In this document: positions 37,181 to 51,369 of the stretch, one piece after another
Numbering within the stretch: the stretch's first letter is position 1
Layout of the letters: each line of letters begins with the position of its first letter
Origin: Vicugna vicugna
Lineage: Eukaryota
Assembly: GCA_013265495.1 (NCBI GenBank)
Contig: MU058781.1
Location: 5,335,050-5,399,049 of the forward strand
Reading direction: 5' to 3'
Length of the DNA: 64,000 nt
The notes under the pieces: generated by a model
Database searches by the model: none
What the model saw: the letters and a program-made list of their open reading frames with translations, nothing else
What the model was told of the DNA's origin: nothing
Program-made: the position numbers and the translations under genes

Positions 37181-39039
37181 GCATAACATGTAATCTAGGT
37201 CCCTTGAAGAGCTTGGATGCCTCTCAGCACAAACTATAACTCAATTTTGGCTCCCAGCTTTGGTCCACAAGCCCAGTGGTTAAAATGGTCTTCATATAAT
37301 CATGAGCTAATGATGATCTGGTGAGAGTATTGGTGGAGGGTTTACCTCTTAGCGTGTAGAAGCAGCGATGTCATGAAGTTACCAGGCAGGGGGGCCTCGG
37401 GGCTTCAGTGCATGACTAGAACTCATGGGCAGACAGGTCCCCAGGTGGATGTGTGCTCCTGTTCTCTCAGCATCCTGAGGACCAGCATACTTGGGCTGGG
37501 GCACACCTGGATACAATGTGATACCACTCCTACCCCATGGACATGCTGCTGAACCCAGAGTCTGAGTTTGGGGGACAGCTGTTGAGGGGAGGCTGGGAAA
37601 GCTGGGGACTCCAGGACCTGGAGGCTCAGACCCCTGGAGGCTCAGGTGCATGGAGACTGGATTCAGGTACAGCGTCTTCTGCCCGGTTATTTATGGGATA
37701 ACCTTGCTTTTCTCTCCCCAGGATTACAGAGGGTCATATTTTCAGGGTTTACAGCTTCAAGAAGGGACGGCCACAGCAGAATAATTTAGAATAAGATTTT
37801 TCAGCCTTTGAGTTCAAAACAGATTTTCGAACTCCCAGCAGATATAAGAGGTTGTCAGAAAGGGCTTTTGTGTCTCTGTGCCTGGCTCCTGGGTATTAAA
37901 AGCAAGTGTTTCTGCCATAAGCAACAGATTTGGAGAAAATGCCTGATTCTATGACATAAGAGCCAATGTGCTCAGCTCTTAAGTTTCAGTTCTGTCTGGG
38001 GACAAGGCGACAAGGAACATCAGGGAGAATAAGAGAAGCAGTGATGGGGTCTGCACCCGGCTAACTCTGGCCCAGTTTGGAAGGCAGGGGGACATGGATC
38101 CCCTACATCAATTTGAGCATTTTGTGCCCTGAATTTCCCTTGGGGCTCTGAGTGGTGGTAGGCACCCATGGTGCCTCCTGTTTCGCTGTGACATAGGAGA
38201 GAGAGATGACAGCATGGGACACCTGGAGAGATGGGCCCAAGGTGCTCCCACATAAGCCCCCTGGAGACCTATGGGGCACAGGGGCTGCAATGTTTTCTCA
38301 GAGGTCACAAAGGATGTAGCTGAGTGACAGAGGACTTGGGGCCAGTGCACTAAGGACAAGGGAATACATGCTGCATGTACCCAAGCCGGTCGACAGGGTC
38401 CACTGACCCCCTCAATGCCTCGCCTTTCTATAACGGTCTCAGAATTCAGATGGCACCCCGAAAAGATGGAGGTGCAAGTTCTGAGCTGACAGAGTTTAAA
38501 GCCGAAATGACTCAGAGAACTCTGACTTACCAAGCCATTTCTCCCACCAGGAAACTTCAGGCTCAAGACAAAAACTAAGTAGAGTTATGAAAGAACAAAG
38601 AATGCTCCACGTTTGGCACTTCTGAGTTTGTGGCCTGAGAAATTTGATCTTGCAACAAAATTGTTTATCAATCAGCTTGTTAAAAAAAATTGGGCTTTAT
38701 ATCAAATCACCTGAATAAAACAGTAAGAGAAAAATGTTATTTCTGGGAGGGTCTCGTGTGAGTGAATAGAGTTACTGGGAGGTTTCTTACAAATTTTTAT
38801 GAGTAACTTTTTTCTGCTAATCAAATTTAATCAAGTACTATTTAATTAGGCATTATTCATATTTGTAGATAAACAATTGGATAGAAACCTTATCAAATGA
38901 TTATGGGCACAGTACCTGGTGGGGAGTCTTAGCAGTGGTTCTCTTATAGCACCTCACGTCCTCACTGAATTTCATTCTCTAGCCATGGAAAAAATAGGCT
39001 ATCTGTGAATGCCTTCAGTGGAGGGTCTTCCTGGGCTAC

Positions 39040-39210
39040 TGTTCTGGTCACTTAATTAGGGATGGTTCCACCTGCTGGCTGAGACCCTTGGAGTCGCTAT
39101 GTCACCTGTCTTAATCTTTAATTTTGGGGGATAGTCATGCTTTCTGTGAGGAAATGTTGTAGGAATTAACATAAATTTCAACACCTGGCACATAGTGGGT
39201 GCTCACTTAT
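39040..39210 (+). mobile_element. MIR fragment
   Basis: gctgagacccttgg...gttgtaggaattaa...acacctggcacatagtgggtgctca. Confidence 0.55.
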
Positions 39211-40460
39211 TTCCTCCCTTTCTTGATACCTCTTCTGAACTGGAAGAGAATGGCTAAGAGTTTCCTCCACCCTCCAAATCCCGTTGGAATTTTTGAGTGT
39301 AATCTGCTGAAGTTCTGCTATAACCAGTGACTTACTTTGAGGTCATCCACAAAACTGTGTATTCATAAATTATTCTTTATTTTTAAGAGACCTGAATATT
39401 TGACTTTTCTTTAGTAGGAATACTGGAAAGCCTTGTTTTTTGTCCAAGGGGAAAAGGATTCATCAGTCAGATAAGTGTGCCCAAGCTAACTGACGTCCAA
39501 GAGCCCACTGTTTCAATGGTAAGTATTGAATTATGTTAGACAAAGATCAGAACGCTGCCTTTAACTTCCCAATGGATGCTAAAAATAGCTGGGATACTGT
39601 GATTTCATTATCTGGAGCAGGGATGAGGAGACTAAAAAAAAAACCTAGCTGAAGGCCACTCAAAGTCAATCAAGGTCCATTTAAATAAATAGCAACTAAA
39701 TGTGGTGGGCTTATACAAAGAAAGAGGAAAAACAGAAATCAATTTTAGATTGGCTATTAAAATAAAGGACACAGAACATAAAACTCTATTCAACAAATAC
39801 AGCAAAATATAAAACCATACACTGTAAGATTTTGATTATCAGGAGCCCTTTAGAAAGAAGCTGATAGCTGACTTCTATATAGCTCAGGATTTACATTTTC
39901 AAGCAATGAATTTTTAAGACTTTAAATGGAAATCTCTCTAAAATAGACCACACTTTTATACATTCTTAAACAGAGTATGAATAACATAATTTAACCTCTT
40001 CCTGACTTGGGATCAGGCTGTTCCCAGCAGGACACCTGTCCTGCCAGATGCTTGAGATGTGTTTCCGGGAGGAGCTCTGCAATCTCCTTGGAGGTTGTGG
40101 GGCCCAGGGCACCTGGAGCCCTCTGGCCAGACTCTTTTTGCCTCGAGCAGCTTAGTGGTTTATCTCAGTTTTCTATACAAATATTATCACTTTCTATGTG
40201 TGTCCTGGTTTGAAAAATGCTGAGAAGTGCTCGTAGGTGGCTAAACTGGATTGCAAGGGGCCATGTTCAGGGGTATGGACGGCTTATGCCTTCCCTGACC
40301 TGCTATCTCCTGGCAATGCTTTATTCTTGTCACAGTAACAGGGTCATCCATGTGACTGGGTGGTTGAAGAGTTCACTGTCACCAAGCCACTGACTCAATC
40401 CTCTATGAGACAACCAAGTTGGTCCTAATATGTGAGAACTGTTAAAAATTAAGCTCATTC

Positions 40461-41175
40461 AGAAAAAGGAAAACTCTTACACTGTTGGTGGAAATGTAAA
40501 TTGGTGCAGCCACAATGCAGAACAGTATGGAGGTTCCTTAAAAAACTAAAAATAGAGCTACCATAGGATCCAGAAATCCCACTCCTGGGCATATCTCCAG
40601 AGGAAACTGTAACTTGAAAAGATACATGCACCCCAATGTTCATAGCAGCACTATCTACAATAGCCAAGACATGGAAACAACCTAAATGTCCACTGACAGA
40701 TGAATGGATAAAGAAGACGTGGTATATTTATACAATGGAATTTTACTCAGCCATTAAAAACAGTGAAATAACGCTATTTACAGCACCATGAATGGAACTA
40801 GAGATTATCATATTAAGTGAAGTAAGTCATACAGAGAAAGACAAATATCATATGATATCCCTTATATGTGGAATTTTAAAAAAGGGATACAAATGAACTT
40901 ATTTACAAACCGGAAATGGACTCATAGGCATAGAAAACAAACTTATGGTTACCAAAGGGGGAAGGGGTGGGAGGGGAGGAATAAATTAGGAGTTTGGGAT
41001 TGACACATACACACTACTATACATAAAATAGATAAACAACAAGAACCTACTGTAAAGCACAGGGAACTATATTCAGTATCTGGTAATAGCCTATAATGGA
41101 AAAGAATCTGGAAAAGTATGTATATGTATACATAGAACTGAATCACTTTGCTGTGCATCTGAAACTAACACAACA
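40461..41175 (+). mobile_element. L1 ORF2 C-terminus and 3'UTR (older subfamily, related to 28180-29040)
   Basis: cactgttggtggaaatgtaaattggtgcagcc...agatacatgcaccccaatgttcatagcagca...ctgaatcactttgctgt. Confidence 0.92.
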
Positions 41176-42784
41176 ACACATTCATTCCACATGAGTTTAT
41201 TGAGCAAAGACACTAGCACCAACTCTGAAGACATAAAGGTGAGGGACATTGGACCCCTACCCAAGTGACCTTGAGAGGGAGACAGTGTGTGATGTGGTGG
41301 AGGAAAGCTCGACACAAGTCTGGCCTTCATAGGGGATGCCTGTCCTTCGTTTATCTCACGGCCCAAACGGGAGATGAACATAACATGGCAGCAACACCCC
41401 ATGGCATGTCTGAGTTCCTAGGTCAGAGTTCCATGTGGTATAATGATTTGTTACATGATTGAAGTATGCTGGGTTCCTGCAGTTGCTAATCCTGACGTCC
41501 TACCTGCGGGCCTTCTAGTAATAGTCTCTGGAGGCCTCCGGGTGTCTCTCACGTTTTGCCACAGAGGCAGGAGAGCACATTTAATGCCCGGTCCCTGTCC
41601 TGCCGCAGCTGTAGACGTGAAGTCAGAAGAAAGAAGGGCACAGTTCAGCAGTCTTCCTCTGAGCCTGGCACCCAAGGTGGGCTTGTTATCTTTGCTTTTC
41701 CTTCCACTGAAACAGTTGGTTAAGCCTGAAAACTCCACACTGAGTGAAGTTGAGATTTTTGTTGCGAAGTGTTTGGAATGGAACAGATTGACCCAATTGG
41801 GCTTTAAAAAACAAAAAACTTAGCCAACCATTAGGAATAATAACTTTTGACCTATAAGAATGAGAGGAAACCAAACATGTAAACAAACCACATCCAGTGA
41901 TGGCATCCTAAGTGCCTTGTTTTGCAAATCCAGGGACATTTTCAGCTTCAAAAGGGAATATGTTTATGTACAATTTGAAAGTTGTGGTTTCCTTCTTAAG
42001 TAAAATGATTTGAGATTTTGTTTAGATAAGACTTAGGAGGGCTTTGTTCTTCTGAAGACCTAAACTCTTTCGATTTAAGCTGGGGTTTTCCCTCTCTATC
42101 CAATAAGGACAAATAATGTTGAGCATTTGTTGGGGACTGTGCCAACTACTTACATGAATTATCTCTTGTAAATCTGAAATTCAGGGCATTATTGATGAGT
42201 CAAATTTTATATTGCTTTAGTGTTTCTTGAAAACATATTATTGCATGATAAAAGATTCAAGAGATACAAGAGAAAGAGAAATGGGCTATCTCTTGATATG
42301 CATGTGGCATCACTGTTGTCCTGGTGATTATCTAAAGTTCAAGATTATCCTTACAAACATGATCACTGCTCCTCTAAGACCAAGTGTATTTTGAAGAGTT
42401 CACATGATCCAAGGACAGAAGCTATGTTTGTTATGAATTTGGATTCTTTTTTTGTAATTTATAGAACCCAATAATGTATCAGCAATGAACTCAGGTCTCC
42501 TATGTTGAGAAAAATGTTACTTTGGCTGTGAGGTTTCACGAGGCAAAGATTTTTAGACACCCTGAGCAAAATTTTCTTATTTTTCCAGTAAAGGTTCCTG
42601 TTTGCCAGGAAAGGTTCAGATGTCTGGAACATCTGAAGTACAGGTGCTCCTGGATTAGTGAATATTCCATCTATTCAAGTAACTCAAGGGTTGTGTTGAA
42701 AACAGGAAGGCTCCTCAGAGGCCCGGACACCAGAAAGCAACGGCAGGGCTCTGCCTTTCCTTCTCCCAGGGCAGCCCGCTTACT

Positions 42785-43200
42785 GGGCTCCAGTCACACT
42801 GGCCTCCTTCAAACCACACACCAAGCCTTCTCATGCCTCAGGGCCTTTGTACCTGCTGTGCCTGCTGCCTGGAAGACTTCCCTACCCCAGTCCTTTTTAA
42901 GCCTGATTATCCTCATTTCCTAGGTCTTAGCTCAAAAATCAAGATGCTTTCCCTAGCTCCCTTATCTAGGGTAGAACTCCCCGAGTGAAAGCATTTATTC
43001 TAATCTATAATTATCTTGTATCTTCACTTGTTTACCACCTGACTCCTTTCATCTCCACATAAGATCCATAACAACAAGACCTGGGTCTTGTTCACAGCTG
43101 TAACCCCACTGCTGAGCATCGTGCTCAGCAAAGAGTCATTGCACAGTGTGGAGTGAGTGAGTGAATGAACAAATGAATGAGTAAATTAATTAATGAATAA
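42785..43200 (+). mobile_element. L2 3' end
   Basis: cacactggcctcc...ctcagggcctttgtacctgctgt...ttgttcacagctgta...gaatgaacaaatgaatga. Confidence 0.85.
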
Positions 43201-44419
43201 ATCAGTAACATCGAATTTAGCTATATTAACAAAATGAGGTATTAAGAGGTATCACATAAGCCCTCCTTACATTTATACTGTCGTCTCTTTGAAAGATGTC
43301 CCCATTGAACATACAGTCTGTAACTGGGAGACTACATACAAGGGTGAAAATGGGCTAGTGCATAAGAAGTAGAAATAGCAAGATGGAGATACACAATTTG
43401 CCTCTTAAGAAGTATAAGGAAAGTCCGTTTGCCTCAAATACTCTTTAAGTCTGAAAATGTTTCATCTATCAACATCTTGTCACTCATCACTGTTTCCACT
43501 CCCGATATGATTTCTCCTGAGAAAATAGAAATGTCCACCCACATTCCTGATTGCCTCACGCGTCCCATAAAAATTGGGGGTGGACAAGCAGGGGAGAAAG
43601 TATATTTAGGGAGGTATTAAAAAAAAACCCTTCTTTTAGGACCCTAATTCCACGATCTGTTTAAGGGGGAGAATCCTGTCTTAAGCCACAGGCCTCTGAA
43701 TCTGTAGAAGTCTGCAGCTAACATGGTAAGCTGTTGGCTACTAGGAAATGAAGCAAACACATATAATGCTAACTTGCTGGATGGAGGAAGGAGGACATTT
43801 ATTATGAGCAGCTGAGAGTTGCCTGCAGGCTCTGAGAGATTGCTAGAATCTGGGCTTCCGGAGGAGGGAGAAAAGATTGGAGGAGCATGAAAGAAGAAAA
43901 TTAACTTCTATGGTCTTGAGACCTTCCCCCAGAGACTAAGAGGCTGAGACGGAGGGCAGGGCTTAGAGGGAAGGGACTGGAGCTGCAGTTGTTCTGGGGT
44001 CAGTGCTTCTAACCCCACTTGCAGCAAAGCTGTTGAGATTCTCCAAGGTATAAGAATAGGAGAAGCGCTGCAGCCCAGAGTTTAAAGTGGCCTCAACTGT
44101 GTATGGAGAAAGATGTTGACGAGCTTATAGTTCCTTGTGTCAACCTACGAGTAAGTGGGAAGCTAATGCCTTGTGGCCGAGACCTGTCTCCAGGTCTTGG
44201 GGAGCTGGAAGCTGGGAAGAACGAGTCTGGGTTCTTCTCAGTGCATACGGCACAAGCATATCAGTGACAGGTCAGGGGAAGTCCCTGCATGGCCACAGGC
44301 ACCATGAGTGGGTTCAGTTCCGTTCGGTTTTCCCTGAACCCCTGACTCTGCACATGGCAGTGTGGACCAGGTGTTCTAACCCAGACACCTGATCTGCAGC
44401 ACTGTTCTAACCCAGGAGC

Positions 44420-44835
44420 CTGGGTGGTGCCACCTCACGGCCTCCTCAGGGTGGGGCGTGTAGTTTTCACTGATGAAGGAACTGAGGCTCAGGCAGATGG
44501 AGGCCCTTGCTTAGGGTTACGCAGTGGCGGACCAAAAACTCGAGCCCAGCTTTCGTGACACAGGAGAGAATCTTAAAGGAAGATAATTATGCCGAAAGAG
44601 GAGGTGGAAGGATTCTAAGCTTCCAAAAAGCCTTGCATCACAACATTGCTGGTGGTGGTGACTCTTCACCCTGACTATGACTTAAGAATCACCTGGAGCG
44701 CCTTTAAAACCCCCAGGGCCCAGGCCTTACCCTGGGCCAATTAAGACAGAGTCGCTGGAGCTGAGTCCAGGCATCAGCACTTTTTAAAGCAGCCCAGATG
44801 GTGCCATCGTGCATCCAAGGTTGAGAAGCCCTGTC
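44420..44835. mobile_element. MIR (about 44420-44560) and MER5B (about 44660-44835)
   Basis: gatgaaggaactgaggctcag; agaatcacctggagcgcctttaaaa...cccaggcc...ttgagaagccctg. Confidence 0.7.
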
Positions 44836-45390
44836 TAACGGCAAGCTCGGGGACAGCTGTTGAAAATAAAAATACAACAATTTAGGAACACTCTCTAAAA
44901 TTAAAAAATACTGTTAATTTGCTCCTTCTTTGGTCAATCCAGGTTGTTTTTCAAGATAAAAACCTGGGTTAAGTGGGTGTAAAAGCAGGAAGAAAATTTA
45001 AAATAAATGACTAAGTGAGAAATAAAAGCCATGAATAATGTAAAAAGCAGACGAGCTGGAACAAGTAGGGCAGGAAGCAAAGCCAAGGAAATAGAATAGG
45101 GGAGGTCACTTGGGGAGGTTCTGCGGGTCTGAATACCAATGGAAGAAGGAAAGCTAGCGAGCGGGTCCTATCTTTTTGAAATTTCGGTGCAATGAGCATC
45201 TTGAATTCCAGAGGGAGATCAGCCTTTACAGATGATTGACAAGCTCCAGCCACAGACGGCCAGAGCCTCCCAGGAAGGGCAGCCATGGCTCAGAATGTCC
45301 AGGACTGAGCAGGAATGCTATAAAAAGCAGTAGAAATTCAGTAACACTAGATTCAGGCCTTTGCTGAGCTCAAAGGTGGGGCATGGGGAA

Positions 45391-45438
45391 AAGTGTATCA
45401 GAATCCATGGGGACAAGTGTATCAGAATCCATGGGGAC
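45391..45438. repeat. Perfect 24-bp tandem duplication
   Basis: aagtgtatcagaatccatggggac occurs twice in tandem. Confidence 0.95.
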
Positions 45439-46017
45439 AAAGACGGGAGAGGAGCCTTGTTCAGTTAGAAGAGCTCTGGACGCACTCCTGCCCTCTCCCT
45501 TCTCTTGTCTCCTCCATCCCTCCGCCGAGAATCACTGTCCCAACAAGGGCTCACCTATGTGACCAGCTCCCCTGGAGCCCCACACAATCAGGACATTGTT
45601 TGCACTTTCCAGGTGGCTCCCTGAATGACCCAGCTTTTAAGGGTAGCAGGGAATGGTTTCAAATCATTGTCCCTTGATGACCGACTTTAGCCTCAGTCGT
45701 GGTTCCATCAAAACCTCCCAAGGGGAGGATCACTAGTCATTGCCCTTTGATCAACAGTAAATCCTCTGCGATTTGCTTCTGACAGATTCCCAGCAAGCTG
45801 AGGCTGTGAATGAAGTTTTGTAAACTCCAGATATTTTACTAAGCTGCAATCACTTATTTGCTTTATGCTTTCAGGATAATCCTTCTTAGCACACTGAAGG
45901 GAGGAGTTCACAATGTAAGATTCATTTGTTTGAACTGGTGATTCTTCATCGTTATTAATTGTGGTTGAAAGTTGAGAAGGTACCTGCGATTGCCAGGTGT
46001 GGGAGCACAACTGGAAG

Positions 46018-46155
46018 TCACTGAGTTTCATAAATGACCTTGATGGAATCGTAGTTGAGCTGGGGCAGGACAGCCAGGTGCATATTTGGATCAACTTTGT
46101 CCTCAGGTATTGCAGGAGTTATGTGGATGCGGTTCCCTACCTCAACCTATCTGAC
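46018..46155 (-). pseudogene. Candidate terminal pseudo-exon of an unidentified gene
   Basis: Acceptor ggctttttgcag|G; phase-0 frame VR*VEVGNRIHITPAIPEDKVDPNMHLAVLPQLNYDSIKVIYETQ*. Phase matches the 53590 donor. Confidence 0.35.
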
Positions 46156-46370
46156 CTGCAAAAAGCCTTCTTGAGAAGATAGAGGAGTTTAGATTGAGAA
46201 GTACTTGCTACACTATCTGATGACCTTGTCTATGAATCTAGAGTATGTAAACAGTTACTACCTGAATCTGGCTGAAACAGAAAAGTCAGCATGAAAGGTT
46301 TTTCCTACTTTCTTGGTACACTTTCATTCAGTGCCAAGTGGCATTTTTCCCTGCTGTTAGAAAATGGTAT

Positions 46371-46728
46371 TGTTATGGACTGAAAGTTCACATCCCCCAC
46401 AGGTTCATATGTTGAAATCCTATCCCCAAATAGGATGGTATTAGGAGGCGGGGTGTTTGGAGGGCAATTAGGATTAGAGGCAGTCGAGGGGCTGGAGCCC
46501 TTAAGGATGGGATTAGCGCCTTCTAAGGGTCATGAGAGAGCTTGCCTCCTCTCCCTGCTCTCTGCCGTGTGAGGATACCACAAGAAGTCAGCATTCCAGA
46601 AGAGGAGCCTCATCAGAACCCAACCATGCTGGCACCCTGATCGCAGACTTCCAGGCTCCAGAGCTGTGAGAAATACATTTCTGTTGTTTGTAAACCACCC
46701 AGTTTATGGAGCAGCCTGAACTAAGACA
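46371..46728 (+). mobile_element. MaLR solo LTR (MLT1A-like)
   Basis: tgttatggactgaa...ttcatatgttgaaatcct...gaactaagaca; 5-bp TSD ggtat at 46366-46370 and 46729-46733. Confidence 0.93.
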
Positions 46729-47497
46729 GGTATGCTCTAGAATGTTCTCAAAGCATTGACTGGAAAGGCAGATATTATTATCAAAATGTGGCTAAAGATA
46801 CCTACAACCTCAATGATTCACAGTGTTACTATGATTTCCTGAAGAAGGAAAAAAAGCTCCAAATTGGCAGATTGGCATAAATGGTGCATAATGAGGTATC
46901 TTTTTGATTGCCTGGCTTAGGAAACGGGTGCCTTTGATGTGAGCGTGTGTAAACGTGCTTTTGACACCTGTGTGTAAATGCGTAAAGCAAATATTATGGC
47001 CCAGCAGCAATTGCCATAAACACAAAAATTCCTACACATTTAGCCTCACAACTCTACGAAACTAATCATAATGTTCCCATTGAACCTTCTAAAATAAGAC
47101 GCAAATCTCTTTTGCCCGCACAAAATTAGTCAAGCGCCTCATCTATGTGATTACATCTCTGGCAGAAACTTCCTTTGGGCCTAACCCACTTATTTAAGCT
47201 GGCCCGTGTTGTATACTCATTAATGGGAAAGGGGTATCTTGTACCTCTTAAAAGCACAACAGGGCTGGGAAAAGGAGAAATAATCACAAGCCATTTGACT
47301 GGCTGCCAGGAGAAAAGTAAACCATGGACTCATGCGTGTGTCACTGACCCCTGGGCTTGTCCAGAAGAGCACAGCAAGTAACATGCTTACTGATTAGAAG
47401 TTCCAGACCCCTGAAGCTGCCCAACCCAAAGTCAAGCCACATTCTGAGAGTCCCACTGATAGCTTCGAAGTAGATTCCAGCCTTAAAGAGAGATAGT

Positions 47498-47718
47498 ACG
47501 AGTTGGCAACCTTTTTGGTAAAGGGGCAGAGAGTAAACATTTTAGACTTTGCCAACCATACAGTCTCTATCACAGCTCCTCAGCTTTGCCCCTGTAGCAC
47601 AAAACTAGCCCTACACAATATGTAAACAAATGGTCGTGGTTGTGTTCCAATAAAACTTTATTTACAAAAGCAAGCCATGTACCAGATTTGGCTAAGGGTC
47701 GTAGTCTGCAAAACCCCT
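47498..47718. mobile_element. MER58A hAT-Charlie MITE
   Basis: gttggcaa...gtaaacattttagactttg...gtgttccaataaaactttatttacaaaa...gtagtctgc. Confidence 0.85.
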
Positions 47719-47789
47719 CCCCCGTCTGTATTTTTGAGAGGTATGGATAAGTGGAAGGTGGACATGTTCACCAATTACAGAGTACAATT

Positions 47790-47935
47790 TGTAGAGGCAG
47801 CCTAGGGTAGTGGTTATGAAGCCTGAATTTATATCCCAGCTCTACCGCTTCCTAGCTGGACGACCTTGAGCAAATTACTAAACTGCTCTGTTCCTCAGTT
47901 TATCCATCTATACAGTGAGGATAATAATAGAACTT
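47790..47935 (+). mobile_element. MIR SINE
   Basis: atcccagctctaccgcttcctagct...gaccttgagcaa...cctcagtttatccatcta...gataataatag. Confidence 0.8.
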
Positions 47936-48289
47936 AGTGCTGTAGCTTAGGTAAGAAAGAGCCCTGTGTCTTCAGCATGTAGGAGGGAGTCTAGGTGGAT
48001 GGAAGGTGAAGGGTTGGTCTTAACAAGAAGTAGGTGATGAAGAAACTGTGCTCACACAAGTTGGTTCTTGTTTCTAGGATTCATCAGCAAGTGCTTATGT
48101 AACAGTCTCTGGCATGGATCAGGAGCTGTAAGAATAAGACTCTGGCCACTCCCAGAAGCTAGAGTAATGATCCAGAGTGGGAAGAGGAGGCAATAGCCAT
48201 GACTCCTACCTAACCTGACAAGGCACCCATGCTACTAACGTAGAATAATCTTCAGAGACATTTTGAGACTTTGAGACAATAGCATATAT

Positions 48290-48900
48290 CCCAACCAAAA
48301 TGCTTTTGGTTGCAACAAACAGAAACAAAACCAACTGAAAGAGGCTTAAATTATCAGAAAATTTAAGTAGTATCTCACAAAAGAAAACGTCCAAGGCTGC
48401 TAAATTCATTGGTTAGGAAAAAGGTCATCGAGGATCCGGACCCTATTCTGCCAGCCTGCGTGGATCATCCCTGTCCTCCTGCTCACTCCCCTGTGGCTGA
48501 AGACGGCTGCTGCTTCTTTGTGCATCACACACAGATACAACCACATCCAGAGGAAGAAAAGACCATGTTCTCATGGGTGTCTCTTTTCAGAGTAAGGAGA
48601 CATTTCCCAGAAGCACCCCCAGAACTTCTCTCTCAATTCATTGGTCACAATGGACTACAGCTCAGTCCTAAACAGTCCATGGGCAAGACGAGTAGGACCA
48701 CTGAGGTTGGCTTAGGTGGGTTAGGATTTGCCCCTGGAGTTGGGCTGGGGTTGGGGTCAACTTCCCCTGATTCACACAAAGGAGGAATATTGTGGAGAAA
48801 GATTCCAAACCAATTGCAGAATTTGGAGGAAGATTCCAAACCAAATTTGGAGCTCTGACAACAAGGAAGTAGGTGGAATGTTGCCTGGCAATCAACAGTA
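48290..48900 (-). mobile_element. Old MaLR LTR (MLT1J/K-like)
   Basis: cttttggttgcaacaaacagaaac...ttcccagaagcacccc...attcattggtca...gttgcctggcaatcaac. Confidence 0.6.
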
Positions 48901-51369
48901 GGATTTTAGAGACATCACGAAAGCCCACCTGATATTCCTTTACTTCCTGCAACTTCCCCCCCATCTGCAGGTGGTTAAAACCCCTTTAAATGTCCAAGGC
49001 CTGTTAACCCACAATTTCAAATGAAAAGCACAAAAATATGAATGCGACTGAAAAATAGTGAGAGTTGGATGTTTGCCCTTAAATTGGGATGTATATCTCC
49101 CCTACCACTCTCTGAGCTCATTATGGGCAGGAGACTACTATTCATTGTGTCCCCAGGAGGCAGAATAGGCTGACACTTATTTCCTGTCTTGCCAAGCTTC
49201 CCAGGTGCACATCTTGGTAGGAATCGTGATGAGACACACTCAGCTCAGGCATGCATCCCAGACATAAGTCTGGCTTATCCTGGTCTAAACGGTTCCACCC
49301 CAGGCTGGGGTACCTTTTCTTGGTCCCCGTTCTTGACAACATCTTTTTGAGAGGATTTACCCAAATCTAATGAGACTGTCTCACAAATATATACCTGCCC
49401 TTTAAACTTGCTCTGTCTTTTCTCCTGTGTTTTTAGTTATAGCCTCTCCATTTTCCTTTCCAGCGTCAAGTTCCGGAAGATACTTCTCTGCTTTATCATT
49501 AACCAAATAACAGTCTACAGATTAATATCTATTATTGTTATACCACTATAGTTTTGCTTGTGGTTGGATTTATCATTTCCATCTTTTTTTCTTAGGTTCA
49601 CATTTCCTGCTTTCCCCATGAATTGTTTCCTCTCCTGAGACCTGCAATCCCCATTGTTCTGTTTTTGCTAATTATCATCTTATCTTTCATAAAGGAACAT
49701 CCATCAAACTCACATTTCCATCAACATGCAAAAGATAATCTGTGTGTTCACAAATACAAAAGAGGCAGTCCCAGATTTACAAATGTCTCATACAAATGGC
49801 CAACTTGTATGTACACCATCCCCCCTACTCCCCATCACATCCTTCAGTACATAGAAACTAGGGACTGTGACACACATAAATTCAGCAGGTGCTGGCAGAA
49901 GCCTACCAAGTAGAAACCTAATGTTCTTGTCCCTTCTACAGCTGATCCTATCTTGTACCCACGCAGAAGGACGCTGATATTTATTTAACTTTAAAGGGTT
50001 TATAATGTCCACAAAGAAATCTGACACCCAAATTAAAGTTGTATCCTTAGTTCACCTCACTGTGCAGCAGTATTGCAAAATATTTGGCAACATTAATTCC
50101 CATCTGGCCACCTCCACAATAGCTAAACACAGCAGGAGAACTTAGAGAAATGAAATCCAGGCATGCCTCATAATTTATTTGCTGTGTGAATTTAAGCAAA
50201 AGCCTTAGCTTTCGATATAGATTTGATTTGCAAAGTAGGCTTCAGAAGAATAAAGTGGATGTAACTTCCACTGAGGTGTGACAGGCCGTCTTTAGGCTTC
50301 TTGGAGTCTGCTGTAGTTTTTGTGGACTCATGAGATTGGGTTATATTTTGCAAACTGTGTCTCATAGTGTTTATGTATACTATACATGCAATGTAGGCTC
50401 TTCTTTACTCCACTGTGGAGATTAATGTATAGGCTGTGACTGTCTACTCCCAGTGGAACATGCTTTCTGTTCTGGAAACAAAGAGAGAATGAGTTGATGA
50501 GACACGGGGTGTTAGAGCCTTTTTAAAGGCACAGAGACCAGTGTTAAGAATGAGTTTATGGGGATACTTAGCACCAGTCCCTAAGGGAGCAGTTGCAGAC
50601 AGCCTCTGAAGCTGCTTAAGGACTGGCAACATCGCAGACTGCTGTAATCACACCGGTAGTTGCACTAGATCAGCCTACTGCCGTTCTGGGCACACAGACG
50701 ATGGACAAGAACCACCTGTTGAACTTAGCTGAAGCTTAAGAAGAAGGACTGAGGTTTAGTGCATGTAAGAGAGGAGGAGCGTCTAACCCTTTTTCAGAAA
50801 TGAATTAAATCTCAGTGCTCCGTCTTCTATCCTCTTTGGAGTCTGAAGTCTATTTTCCTAAGATCAGTGCTTAAAGGGGGAGGAATGGGTAGCGGAAGAA
50901 GATTAAGGAGGTGGTTATAAAGACACTAGCTCACATTTACTGGGAACTTACTATAGACCGAATGTTATGATGATGCTTTACCAGGACATCAGGGGAATAA
51001 AATAAAACTCTGGACCCATGAGCGTTTAACTAACTCTGTTCTTTAATTATGAAAATTAATTCCTAATATGTCTTCACTGTATTCCAATCTACCCGGGCAT
51101 TTTAAAATAAAGCAGAGGCATTTTACTTTGTTCTTATACTTGGAAACTCACGATGAAACAATAATGAGGGATTGCATTATGCCAATGAAATGAAGGCTGG
51201 GGATACAGCCAGGCTGATGTTAATAAAGCAAAAAAAATGGCCAAATTTTAGCATGATCTTGGACATTAATCACAGTAGCCTTGAAAATAACTTATTCCAA
51301 CCAGCCTGCCATTCTCCTCTGAGGAATGAAGAAGCAGTGTGCTCGGGGCTGAAAAGGAGAGAAGGGCTT

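Noticed and set aside
48409..48858. 149-aa ORF
   Set aside because: It lies inside an old MLT1 LTR and has no protein-like features.
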